Assembly: GCA_017428495.1 (NCBI GenBank)
Contig: JAFRQS010000026.1
Coordinates: 8,372 to 72,371 of the forward strand
Source: Bacilli bacterium
GTDB taxonomy: Bacteria > Bacillota_I > Bacilli_A > RF39 > UBA660
Length of the DNA stretch: 64,000 bases
Direction of reading: 5' to 3'
Of the stretch, positions 8,678 to 18,522 are shown one piece after another. How positions within the stretch are numbered: the first letter of the stretch is position 1; the number at the start of each line of letters is the position of its first letter. The notes under the pieces were generated by a model. It saw only the letters and a list, made by a program, of their open reading frames with translations. It searched no databases and was not told where the DNA came from. The translations under genes were made by a program, and so were the position numbers.

Positions 8678-9607
8678 CTAATCTATTTTTAATTTAAATG
8701 AATACCAAGCAGTTCCACGATCACATATTGTATCAATTAACACTACATATTCCCCTTTTAAATTAGGAACTGTAAAATTATTTTTTTCATAAGTAATAGG
8801 AATATCTACTTTTTCATATTTTGAATCATAAAAGGTAATTCTAGTTATAGTTAAATCACTAGAGGAATCTAGAGCAATAATATCCTCTTTATTACTTGGC
8901 AAATATTCATCATAATTAATATCTTCTAAAGGAATTGACAAGCCACATGAACTTGCTTTATCTTCTCCTTTAGTATCAGTAATACAATATGAGCCAATTT
9001 GTGTAAGATTTCTATCTTTACCATTAATTACCCACAAATTTCTTGGTGTTGGATTAAATACTTCAACATCCCAAGTAAATAGCCAAAAGCCAAATTTAAT
9101 ATTAATACTATTACTTAATGGCTCATTAGGTGAAATACTTACTTCTTTTTTCATTTTATAACCAAATCCCAAATAAGTATAATTATTTCCATTTTCACGA
9201 ATTGGTATCATAAACAATGGATTTTCATTATGCCTTACACGATTATAATCAGTCCAAAATGTATAAATAAAGAACAATAGCAGGAAAGCAACTACAGATA
9301 TAATTATAATTCTTTTAATTTTTTTAATCCTATTTGTTGAATATTTTATTGTATTATTTAATACTTCATCAGTTTTTTCTTTTAATTCACTTTCTTTTAT
9401 TCTTTCACCACTCAATAATTCATTTAAAGATATATCAAGTATTTCACATAGCGGTTTATAAAAAACTATATCTGGCATTCTTCTACCATTTTCCCAGTTA
9501 CCAATAGCTCGATCTGTTACATTTAATTTATCTGCAAGTTCTTGTTGTGTCATCTTTTTTTCTTTACGAATTTTAGCAATAAATTTTCCAATTTTTTCTT
9601 GATTCAT
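8678..9607 (-). CDS. membrane-tethered XRE-family HTH regulator (HTH - TM - extracytoplasmic domain)
   Basis: N-terminal MTQQELADKLNVTDRAIGNWENGRRMPD (Cro/C1 HTH). TM at about 100-120. Confidence 0.7.
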   Translation of the reverse strand: MNQEKIGKFIAKIRKEKKMTQQELADKLNVTDRAIGNWENGRRMPDIVFYKPLCEILDISLNELLSGERIKESELKEKTDEVLNNTIKYSTNRIKKIKRIIIISVVAFLLLFFIYTFWTDYNRVRHNENPLFMIPIRENGNNYTYLGFGYKMKKEVSISPNEPLSNSINIKFGFWLFTWDVEVFNPTPRNLWVINGKDRNLTQIGSYCITDTKGEDKASSCGLSIPLEDINYDEYLPSNKEDIIALDSSSDLTITRITFYDSKYEKVDIPITYEKNNFTVPNLKGEYVVLIDTICDRGTAWYSFKLKID

Positions 9608-9746
9608 AGTTTTTGCTCCTTTCGTATTTAATTATAGATTGCATTTCTAAAAAAGTATCCAAACAATCCGTAGGGTTTCATATATCTATATTTTATCACA
9701 AAAAAAGAGAATTCTTTAATTCTCCTAATAACCATTATTTGAATAG

Positions 9747-10469
9747 TTATTTTTCATATAACAATACTGATTTATTTATATATTCATCTAGTTGCTTTTT
9801 TGATATGTTTTTAATATTATTTATATTTGAATCAATATAATATATTTTTATTTTCTTAGTCTCTTTGTCGTTGATAGTTATGGGATAGTATCTATAACTA
9901 TTTCCGTTATAAATAGATTTCTTAACTATTTCATTATAAGAACATTTAGAATTCAAAAATATAATCTCATAATCATTATCATCCATTATAGAGTATTGAT
10001 TAATGTTGCCACTATAGACGGTACATAAATCTTTTGTGGTAAAAAATAATTGATTATCTCTTTCTTCAACATACATCCTATTTTCATCATAGTTTAAAAT
10101 TACTTTATGATTTCCAACAAGTATTAATGTTAAAACAACAATAACTATTATTGATACTAAAACAATAATTGTTCTTCTTATTCGTGTAATTTTAGTATTT
10201 ACATTTGATATAACGGAAAAAACATTTTCTTCTAACTTTTCTTGGTATGAATTTTTTTCTACCTTTTCACCACTTAACAAATCATTTATTGTAATATTTA
10301 ATTCATTACACAACGGTTTAAAAAAAGATACATCAGGAAAATTCTTACCATTTTCCCAATTTGATATAGCTCTATCTGTTACACCTAATTTTTCAGCTAA
10401 TTCACTTTGAGTAATTTTATTATCTTTACGACATTTAGCTATAAACTTTCCTATTTTAATTTGATCCAT
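9747..10469 (-). CDS. membrane-tethered XRE-family HTH regulator, paralog of 8678..9607
   Basis: ITQSELAEKLGVTDRAISNWENGKNFPD HTH followed by a TM segment. N-terminal region nearly identical to its neighbour. Confidence 0.7.
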   Translation of the reverse strand: MDQIKIGKFIAKCRKDNKITQSELAEKLGVTDRAISNWENGKNFPDVSFFKPLCNELNITINDLLSGEKVEKNSYQEKLEENVFSVISNVNTKITRIRRTIIVLVSIIVIVVLTLILVGNHKVILNYDENRMYVEERDNQLFFTTKDLCTVYSGNINQYSIMDDNDYEIIFLNSKCSYNEIVKKSIYNGNSYRYYPITINDKETKKIKIYYIDSNINNIKNISKKQLDEYINKSVLLYEK

Positions 10470-10613
10470 TTTATTTCTCCTTTCTAGATTTAGAATACTA
10501 TGGCTTATAAAAAAATAACACGAAGTGTTGCTTGAGTTTTTAATATTATTATTTTATCACAAAAAAAGCAGATTTTTTTCATCTGCTTGATTATTAATTT
10601 TATAAGAATTCTA

Positions 10614-10934
10614 CTATGAAACCCATGACCACAGTCTTATTCCATAGAATAAATAAAATTCTTTCCCCATAACCTTAACCATTTTATTATCGTCTGAAGA
10701 ATCTTCTGACATATAATACTTTACTTTTATTTTATAGCCAAGGCTAAAATATTCAAAATCTATTTCTTCACCAGGTTCTAAACATGATATACAATATTTT
10801 GTCCTATCCAAAACTATTAATGGTTTACTACTATCATTAATTTTTAATCTTATACTTTCTTCTGTAATAAATAAAGCAAATATTCCTATAATTACTATTA
10901 ATATTATTCTTATTATTTTAAATACTTTCTTCAT
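10614..10934 (-). CDS. small membrane-anchored protein
   Basis: N-terminal hydrophobic anchor, 106 aa. Confidence 0.35.
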   Translation of the reverse strand: MKKVFKIIRIILIVIIGIFALFITEESIRLKINDSSKPLIVLDRTKYCISCLEPGEEIDFEYFSLGYKIKVKYYMSEDSSDDNKMVKVMGKEFYLFYGIRLWSWVS

Positions 10935-10945
10935 CTAAACACCTT

Positions 10946-12121
10946 TTATTTCTTTATTAATACATCAGGATAGTCATCAGCAATTTTATCAGCTGATATT
11001 AAGTTGGTTTCTAATGCAGACTTAAGAGTCATAACCTTATTATCAATCATAAACTTAATCATTACTTTATCACTCTTAATGCAACTTAAATAGTATTTAT
11101 GTCCATTATTTTCATAGATTTGTTCTAATGCTGTAGCACAAGTTTCGTCTGGATCAGAATAGTCTAAAATGCTATAGAAAATATAATCTGTTTCATTCTC
11201 AATTATTTTTCTCAAATCTGTTCCATTTGATATTGAATAATAACAACTATTTATACTTTCTGGTAGAATTCTCTTTCCATCACCCCATACTTGTATCGTT
11301 TCAATTAGTTTTTTATCATCATACATTTTAAACTCAAATCCATGTCCATCACTTAAACAATATTCACCATATCTGTTTGCACTTGATATTGCATTTAATA
11401 TTTCCTTTATTTTATTCGAATCTTTTATTACACCTAATTCTTTATCACCAGCATTAATTATTATTTTATTAGTTTTATCTATTTTTTTAATAATATTGGA
11501 TGGTATAGATTTACTTTGTTTTTCACTATTATTAGTTACACATTTATTAGTTAAGTCTTCCATATCAATATCGTTATTTTCAGTATGAACATAAATAATA
11601 GGAATTACTGGGCTTGAGAATGTTTGGTATGTAGTAAACCTTTTACTAAAGTATTCATCAAAAACATTCATTACTTCTGATTCATAAGTTCCATTTTTAG
11701 GGAAAATAATAAAATACATATTGTCTTTATGTTTACTAGCATATTTACCTTTAAATATATCAATTTTATCTTTATTAACATTTTTTATTTCAGATAATTG
11801 TATTTCAATTAAATCATCTTGTTCTGTTACTAAATATCCACCTAATTCATTTTCTAAACAAGATACAAGTTTATTCATGTCTTGTTCTGCTTCAACATAG
11901 GTATTTATTTCTCCGGCAACATGAAATCCTAGTATTTTAAGTTCCCATCCGTCTTCATATCCAGTTGATGAGGTCTGACTTATTCTGTGTATTTTAGTAT
12001 ATTTATATAAAACAGCTTTATATTCTGTAGATCCTCCATCCCATAATCTGTCTTTAATTGGAATAAGCATTAAGATAAAAATTGCAATTATAACAATAAT
12101 AATTATTTTTTTCTTTTTCAT
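10946..12121 (-). CDS. membrane-anchored extracytoplasmic protein, unknown function
   Basis: N-terminal KKKK plus hydrophobic anchor. 391 aa. Confidence 0.4.
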   Translation of the reverse strand: MKKKKIIIIVIIAIFILMLIPIKDRLWDGGSTEYKAVLYKYTKIHRISQTSSTGYEDGWELKILGFHVAGEINTYVEAEQDMNKLVSCLENELGGYLVTEQDDLIEIQLSEIKNVNKDKIDIFKGKYASKHKDNMYFIIFPKNGTYESEVMNVFDEYFSKRFTTYQTFSSPVIPIIYVHTENNDIDMEDLTNKCVTNNSEKQSKSIPSNIIKKIDKTNKIIINAGDKELGVIKDSNKIKEILNAISSANRYGEYCLSDGHGFEFKMYDDKKLIETIQVWGDGKRILPESINSCYYSISNGTDLRKIIENETDYIFYSILDYSDPDETCATALEQIYENNGHKYYLSCIKSDKVMIKFMIDNKVMTLKSALETNLISADKIADDYPDVLIKK

Positions 12122-12213
12122 AGTTCCTCCTATATCTTTATTATACTACATAATTATTAAATATTATCATCAACTTAAATCATCGTAATATTACTATTTT
12201 TCGAACAAAGGAA

Positions 12214-12681
12214 TTAGCTATATAAATTATAGTTTAATTTCCATTCAATATATTCTTGATCTGATATTTCACCTTTCATTCTTCTTTCTCTCATTTCTCC
12301 CCATTCTTCTAATCCTCTTATAATATCTTCATTGTAATATGTCTTTTTCATTGCATCTTTGTCGAAAATATATTCACTATAAGGGCTTAGTTCTTCTTCC
12401 CACATATGATAATAAATAACTTCATTAGGGTCTACAAAATTATATCTTCTTATTGCATAGTTACTTACATCAAATAATTCTGCTAAATCTTCTAATCTTT
12501 CTGGTTGTGGTTCTCTAGCATTTCTTTCATATTTATCTATGCTATCTGTTGGTTTTTCACCTCCTAACTCTAAAAACTCTGCTACATTTGGCTTAGACAT
12601 ATATCTTAGCTCCCTTACAAATTTTAGTCTTGCGCCTTGACTAAGATTCTCCAATTCAGGTTTAAAAAAATAATTTTTCAT
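12214..12681 (-). CDS. XRE-like HTH domain protein
   Basis: ARLKFVRELRYMSKPNVAEFLELGG ... LEDLAELFDVSNYAI resembles an HTH_3 domain. Located at the ppdK-proximal end of the island. Confidence 0.4.
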   Translation of the reverse strand: MKNYFFKPELENLSQGARLKFVRELRYMSKPNVAEFLELGGEKPTDSIDKYERNAREPQPERLEDLAELFDVSNYAIRRYNFVDPNEVIYYHMWEEELSPYSEYIFDKDAMKKTYYNEDIIRGLEEWGEMRERRMKGEISDQEYIEWKLNYNLYS

Positions 12682-12721
12682 AAATATACCTCCTATCTTA
12701 TTTTTTTATTCCATTAAAAAA

Positions 12722-12760
12722 GCTAGTACTTAATACTAGCCAACTCCTTTTTTATTCTTT
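12722..12760. terminator. bidirectional terminator hairpin gctagtacttaatactagc
   Basis: Perfect 7-bp stem flanked by A-run and T-run. Confidence 0.5.
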
Positions 12761-12909
12761 TTAACTTTTGCTCTCCATATTTGGACTACAAGAAATGCAA
12801 CCCGAGTTTTATTGTCACTATACTATGCCATTTAGAACCACCTCTTTTCCAATTTTTAATAATTTTCACTTAAATATTTATGATTACCCCCAAACCCTTT
12901 TAATCCCAA

Positions 12910-12996
12910 CAAAAAAAGACTATTTCTAGTCTTTTCATTTTATTACTTTGGTACGTTTAAACGTCCTATTTTTGATTCGCCTTAATTGCAGCTTGT
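12910..12996. repeat. ppdK-proximal att-like unit: terminator hairpin 12910-12935 + ttaattgcagcttgt 12982-12996 (current ppdK 3' end)
   Basis: Template for units A-D. The core overlaps the last 9 codons of ppdK. Confidence 0.8.
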
Positions 12997-15596
12997 GCAG
13001 CAGCAAGTCTAGCAAGTGGTACTCTATATGGTGAACATGATACATAATCTAGTCCTACATTATGACAGAACTCTACTGATGATGGTTCTCCACCATGTTC
13101 TCCACATATACCTAAATGTAAATCTGGTCTTGTACTTCTTCCTAATTCAGCAGCCATTTTTACAAGTTTACCAACACCTATTTGATCTAATTTAGCAAAT
13201 GGATCTTGTTCATAAATATTATTCTTATAGTAATCACCTAAGAATTTAGATGCATCATCTCTTGAGAATCCAAATGTCATCTGTGTTAAATCATTTGTAC
13301 CAAATGAGAAGAATTCTGCTTCTTTTGCTATATCATCTGCTGTAAGTGCTGCTCTTGGTATTTCTATCATAGTACCAACTTTATATTTTAATTCTACTCC
13401 AGCATTTTTAATTATTTCATCTGCAGTTTTAACTACTATATCTTTAACAAATTTTAATTCCTTAACCTCTCCTACTAGCGGAATCATTATTTCAGGTTCT
13501 ACATTTAATCCTTCTTTATTAACATTAATTGCTGCTTCAATTACAGCTCTTGTTTGCATTTTTGCTATTTCTGGATATGTAACAGCAAGTCTACATCCTC
13601 TATGTCCCATCATTGGGTTAAATTCTTTTAATGATTCAACTCTTTTCTTCAATGATTCAAAACTCATACCTAAACTCTTTGCAAGTGGTTTAATTTCTTC
13701 ATCTGTATGTGGTAAGAATTCATGTAGAGGTGGATCTAAGTAACGAATAGTTACTGAATATGGAGCCATTGCTTTAAATAATCCTTCAAAGTCACTTCTT
13801 TGATATGGAAGAATCTTTTCAAGTGCTTCTTCCCTTTGTTCAATAGTTTCTGCTGCTATCATTCTTCTAAAATTAAATATTCTATCTTCTTCAAAGAACA
13901 TATGCTCTGTTCTACATAAACCAATACCTTCTGCGCCAAATTTTCTTGCTTGAATAGCATCTTTAGGCGTATCAGCATTTGTTCTTACTTTTAATCTTCT
14001 AACACTATCAGCCCAATTCATAAATGTTTCAAAGTCTCCACTTATTTCTGGTTCAACTGTTTTAATTTGTTCACCATAAACATTACCAGTTGATCCATCT
14101 AAACTCATGAAGTCTCCTTCATGGAATACTAATCCATCCTTTGTTGTAAGAGTTTTTTCTTCTTCACTAATTGTTAATTCACCACAACCAGATACACAGC
14201 AAGTTCCCATACCTCTTGCTACTACTGCAGCATGTGATGTCATACCACCTCTTATAGTAAGTACACCATTAGCATAGTTCATACCTTCTATATCTTCTGG
14301 ACTAGTTTCTAATCTTACTAATAATAAGTCTTTCTCACCAGATTCTTTAGCTTTAACTACATCTTCAGCTGTAAAGTAAATTTTACCAGTTGCTGCACCT
14401 GGAGATGCTGCTAAACCTTTAGCTATTACTTTACCATTCTTTAATGCTTCAGAATCAAACATTGGATGTAATAATTGATCTAATTGTTTTGGTTCAACTC
14501 TTAAAAGTGCTTCTTCTTTAGTAAGCATACCTTCAGATACAAGATCTACTGCCACTTTAAGTGCTGCTGCTGCAGTTCTTTTACCATTTCTAGTTTGTAG
14601 CATAAATAATTTGCCATTTTCTATAGTAAATTCCATATCTTGCATATCTTTATAATGATTTTCTAATAAATTAGCAATTCTTACAAATTCAGAATATACT
14701 TCTGGCATATCACTTTCTAGTTTACTTATTGGTTCTGGTGTTCTTATACCTGCAACAACATCTTCACCTTGTGCATTTATTAAATATTCACCATATAATT
14801 TCTTTTCACCAGTAGCAGGGTTTCTTGTAAATGCAACACCTGTTCCACAATCATTACCACGGTTTCCATATACCATTTCCTGAACATTAACAGCTGTTCC
14901 CCAATCACTTGGTATATCATTTAATCTTCTATATACTATAGCTCTTTCATTCATCCATGATCTAAATACTGCCTTAACTGCTTCTATTAATTGTACTTTT
15001 GGATCTTGTGGGAATTCTTCACCAGCAAGTTCTTTATAATTTTCTTTAAATCTTAGTGTAACCTCTTCCATATCATCTGCTGTAAGTTCAAGGTCACTCT
15101 TAACTCCTTTTTCTTCTTTTATTTTATCGAAATATCTTTCAAATGATGATTTTGGATATCCTTTAACTACATCTGCAAACATTTGAATAAATCTTCTATA
15201 AGAATCATATGCAAATCTTTTATTATTTGTAGCTTCTGCAAATCCTTTTGCAACTTCATCATTTAAACCTAGATTTAAAACTGTATCCATCATACCAGGC
15301 ATTGATGCTCTTGCACCACTTCTTACTGATACAAGTAATGGATTATTTAAATCTCCCATCTTCTTTCCTGTTTTAGCTTCTAATTCAGCAAGTTTAGTAA
15401 ATATTTCATCTTCTATATCTTTACCAATTTCCTTACCATTATCATAATATCTTGTACAAGCTTCTGTTGTAACTGTAAATCCTCTTGGTACAGGCATACC
15501 TATATTAGTCATTTCTGCTAAGTTAGCACCCTTACCACCAAGTAGATTTCTCATGTCTTTACTACCTTCTTCAAAGGCATAAACGTATTTTCCCAT
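12966..15596 (-). CDS. ppdK: pyruvate, phosphate dikinase
   Basis: 876 aa. N-terminal GKYVYAFEEG...LLGGKGANLAEM. Central phospho-His domain (GGMTSHAAVVARGMG). C-terminal PEP-utilising domain. Confidence 0.9.
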   Translation of the reverse strand: MGKYVYAFEEGSKDMRNLLGGKGANLAEMTNIGMPVPRGFTVTTEACTRYYDNGKEIGKDIEDEIFTKLAELEAKTGKKMGDLNNPLLVSVRSGARASMPGMMDTVLNLGLNDEVAKGFAEATNNKRFAYDSYRRFIQMFADVVKGYPKSSFERYFDKIKEEKGVKSDLELTADDMEEVTLRFKENYKELAGEEFPQDPKVQLIEAVKAVFRSWMNERAIVYRRLNDIPSDWGTAVNVQEMVYGNRGNDCGTGVAFTRNPATGEKKLYGEYLINAQGEDVVAGIRTPEPISKLESDMPEVYSEFVRIANLLENHYKDMQDMEFTIENGKLFMLQTRNGKRTAAAALKVAVDLVSEGMLTKEEALLRVEPKQLDQLLHPMFDSEALKNGKVIAKGLAASPGAATGKIYFTAEDVVKAKESGEKDLLLVRLETSPEDIEGMNYANGVLTIRGGMTSHAAVVARGMGTCCVSGCGELTISEEEKTLTTKDGLVFHEGDFMSLDGSTGNVYGEQIKTVEPEISGDFETFMNWADSVRRLKVRTNADTPKDAIQARKFGAEGIGLCRTEHMFFEEDRIFNFRRMIAAETIEQREEALEKILPYQRSDFEGLFKAMAPYSVTIRYLDPPLHEFLPHTDEEIKPLAKSLGMSFESLKKRVESLKEFNPMMGHRGCRLAVTYPEIAKMQTRAVIEAAINVNKEGLNVEPEIMIPLVGEVKELKFVKDIVVKTADEIIKNAGVELKYKVGTMIEIPRAALTADDIAKEAEFFSFGTNDLTQMTFGFSRDDASKFLGDYYKNNIYEQDPFAKLDQIGVGKLVKMAAELGRSTRPDLHLGICGEHGGEPSSVEFCHNVGLDYVSCSPYRVPLARLAAAQAAIKANQK

Positions 15597-15672
15597 ATAA
15601 TCTTCCTTTCACACAACATTTATTGTAACAAAAAAAAAATAGTAGAGCAATAAATCTTTACTATTCTTTACA

Positions 15673-16551
15673 TTAGAAATCTTTTTTAAATTCGCCTCTT
15701 ATTCCTATTCCGTCACTTTTAATCATAAAAGTTTCAATATTAAATTTTTTCATATTTCTTTCTAATTTAATTAATTCATATTTAGTTAAAGCAGTATATA
15801 TGATATATGTTTTAGAATCATCATATCCACCTTTGGCATCCCAATAAGTAAAATCTCTTTTTAATTCATTTTTTATAAAATCATTTATTTGTTTTGGATT
15901 TTCCTTACAAAAAATAAATGCTGTAGAACATATATTTTGTTCATGTAATTTATCCACCATTAAACTATCTACTGCTGAGTATATTATAGAATAAATCATT
16001 ATATCTAAACCATATTTATATCCAGCAATTATATATATAAACAAATTAACTATTAAGCCTAATTTACCTACTGAAAAGTGATTGTTTTTTTTAGCTAATA
16101 TTAAACCTATTATGTCTGTCCCACCTGTACTTGCACCAGATGATAGCATTATTCCTACTCCAACTCCTGCTATTATTCCACCTACTACTACATTAGTTAA
16201 TATATCATCTACTAGTATTTTACTTGGCAAAACTGATAATAAAATTGCTTGTATTGTTACTGCAAATAATGTTCTAAAAAAGAAATGTTTACTAATTGAT
16301 TTATATGAAATTATAAATAAAGGAATATTAATTATGTAATAAATAACACCACTAAAATCAAATGTAGTTTTTATTTTAAATACGTCTATTGATGTACTTC
16401 TTATTAGTTGTGATAATCCCAAGATACCACCAGTATATAATTTATTAGGAACAACAAAATAATTTATTGCAAAACAAAATAGGAATGATCCTATTAATAC
16501 TCTTATTAAATCTTCAATATTCCAATTAAATACTTCTTTTATTTTTTTCAT
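15673..16551 (-). CDS. YitT-family (DUF161/DUF2179) membrane protein
   Basis: Multi-TM protein with GGILGLSQL and C-terminal DUF2179-like region. Confidence 0.55.
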   Translation of the reverse strand: MKKIKEVFNWNIEDLIRVLIGSFLFCFAINYFVVPNKLYTGGILGLSQLIRSTSIDVFKIKTTFDFSGVIYYIINIPLFIISYKSISKHFFFRTLFAVTIQAILLSVLPSKILVDDILTNVVVGGIIAGVGVGIMLSSGASTGGTDIIGLILAKKNNHFSVGKLGLIVNLFIYIIAGYKYGLDIMIYSIIYSAVDSLMVDKLHEQNICSTAFIFCKENPKQINDFIKNELKRDFTYWDAKGGYDDSKTYIIYTALTKYELIKLERNMKKFNIETFMIKSDGIGIRGEFKKDF

Positions 16552-16602
16552 AAAAATATCACCTAGACAATTGTATCATTTTATAATTAATTGTAAATAG
16601 AT

Positions 16603-17361
16603 TTAATCTATTATTTTATTTATTTCTTCAATGCCATATCCTTTTTGATATAATTTAGATTTTAATACATTTTTTAATTTATATTCATCATATTTATTGC
16701 TATATTTTTTATATAGTTTATCATAATCATTTCTAATATCACTGGTACTTACTAAATCATAATTATCTAATATATTATTTATATCTTCTAATCTATATCC
16801 AAGATTTATACATCTATTTATGATTTTATTCTTCATTTTGCCTATTGGTAATTTAGAATTTAATCTTATTTCTTTATCTATAATTTTATTTAATTTATCT
16901 AATAACATATTACTATCAATACTATTTAGTGCATTATTTATAAATTCTTCTTCTACTCCTAATTTTTCCAAATCATTTTTTATTTTATCTATACCATTAT
17001 TAGTTAAATGTATTTTATCATTTACAAAACTTATAGCAAATTTCTTATTATCTAATAATCCATTATTTATTAATTTATTAATAGTATCTTCTATATCCTT
17101 ATTATCAAATTTCTTTCTATTTAAGTATTCTCTCATTTCTTTAATTGAACGCATTCTTATACTTATATATTTTAATGATACATCATAAATTGAAGCTTTT
17201 AAATTTTCTTTATCTATTTCAAGTAATAAATCAGAGTCTATATCTTTTTTATACAACAAATTATATTTTAATATTACATCTTCATAAAGTAACAAAGAAT
17301 TATTATCAAAATAAATTCTATATTTATTTGTTCCAACTTTTTTAAATTTATTTATTCTCAT
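16603..17361 (-). CDS. recX: RecX-like regulatory protein
   Basis: Helical repeat protein of about 250 aa. N-terminal KITKIE-type motif pattern. Confidence 0.5.
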   Translation of the reverse strand: MRINKFKKVGTNKYRIYFDNNSLLLYEDVILKYNLLYKKDIDSDLLLEIDKENLKASIYDVSLKYISIRMRSIKEMREYLNRKKFDNKDIEDTINKLINNGLLDNKKFAISFVNDKIHLTNNGIDKIKNDLEKLGVEEEFINNALNSIDSNMLLDKLNKIIDKEIRLNSKLPIGKMKNKIINRCINLGYRLEDINNILDNYDLVSTSDIRNDYDKLYKKYSNKYDEYKLKNVLKSKLYQKGYGIEEINKIID

Positions 17362-17415
17362 ATAACCTCCTTAAAAATATTATAATTCTTTTTAATTAAA
17401 ATAAAAAGGTATAAA

Positions 17416-18189
17416 TTATTCATTTACACCTTTCTTATGTTTTCTTTTCTTATTCTTAAATTTAGCAGCATAATACTCTTCTAATTCAGGCATCATTTCT
17501 AGATCTCCATCCCAAAGATGCCATCTATTAATGTATGCAATCATATCTCTTAAATATTCTTTTATTCCTCTAAATATTTGATCAGGTTTAATTTTTTTAT
17601 TTATATATTGCATCATTAAAGGAATATTTTCTTCTTTTATTTCAAATGAATATGTAGTTCCATATTCTTCTTTATATACTTTTATTTCATCTTCTATAAA
17701 ACAGCTTATTTTCTTACATTCTTCTTTATCACTACTATATCTACCTATTTCTTTTCCATAAGAATATATTGGATATATTGTTCCATTTTGTATAAGTTCC
17801 ATTATTTTATCATATGAATATTTTCCCTTTTCTAATTCAAAATCATCATTTACAGCACATACTAAATGAGTTCTAGTTTTTACAGTCCACCAACTAAAAT
17901 CTCTACCATGACCTTCAGATTCAATATATTCACCTTCCATTTTAGTAGGTATTTTTACTACTTTTGTATATCTTCTATTGTGCCAAAAATTGATTAATTC
18001 AATAAAATTTTTTTCTTCTAACTCAAATGTAAAAAAATGACACAACAGACTATATTTTTCTTTATCATCTAATTCATCATATTTATCTATATAAGTTCTT
18101 ATATAATTAAATTCTTCTTTTATTTGTGAAGTAGTATATTCTTCACCAAAGGATATATTGTTATCACTACTATTTAACTCAATTCTCAT
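17416..18189 (-). CDS. hypothetical protein
   Basis: Start chosen at MRIELN (18189) with GGAGGGATAATA RBS. No recognisable domain. Confidence 0.4.
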   Translation of the reverse strand: MRIELNSSDNNISFGEEYTTSQIKEEFNYIRTYIDKYDELDDKEKYSLLCHFFTFELEEKNFIELINFWHNRRYTKVVKIPTKMEGEYIESEGHGRDFSWWTVKTRTHLVCAVNDDFELEKGKYSYDKIMELIQNGTIYPIYSYGKEIGRYSSDKEECKKISCFIEDEIKVYKEEYGTTYSFEIKEENIPLMMQYINKKIKPDQIFRGIKEYLRDMIAYINRWHLWDGDLEMMPELEEYYAAKFKNKKRKHKKGVNE

Positions 18190-18257
18190 TATTATCCCTC
18201 CAAAATCATTTAGTATTATATCACTTATAATATTTAAGTCAAACAAAAAGCTTAATA

Positions 18258-18452
18258 CTATTTAATATGTATTAAGCCATTTGCTACTTCTTCTAGTGCC
18301 CTTCCAATATTCTTCTTACATTTATAGTCTCTTTCTCTAATTTGATAGAAACCATCTTCATGCATTTGCCTTGCTCTTCTTGATACTATATGCACTAGAG
18401 CATATTTAGAATCAACTATATTTAATAGTTTATCTATTGAAGGATAAATCAT
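18258..18452 (-). CDS. rpoZ: DNA-directed RNA polymerase subunit omega
   Basis: MIYPSIDKLLNIVDSKYALVHIVSRRARQM matches the RpoZ N-terminal consensus. 64 aa. Confidence 0.8.
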   Translation of the reverse strand: MIYPSIDKLLNIVDSKYALVHIVSRRARQMHEDGFYQIRERDYKCKKNIGRALEEVANGLIHIK

Positions 18453-18522
18453 ATACTCACCTCTATTTTAAGAATATTATACATAAATTTAACATTCAAT
18501 AGTTTAGACAAAAGTTTACAAT

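Noticed and set aside
16082-17345. Plus-strand ORFs (85, 122, 66 aa) antisense to yitT and recX
   Set aside because: Antisense to conserved genes. Composition-driven open frames.
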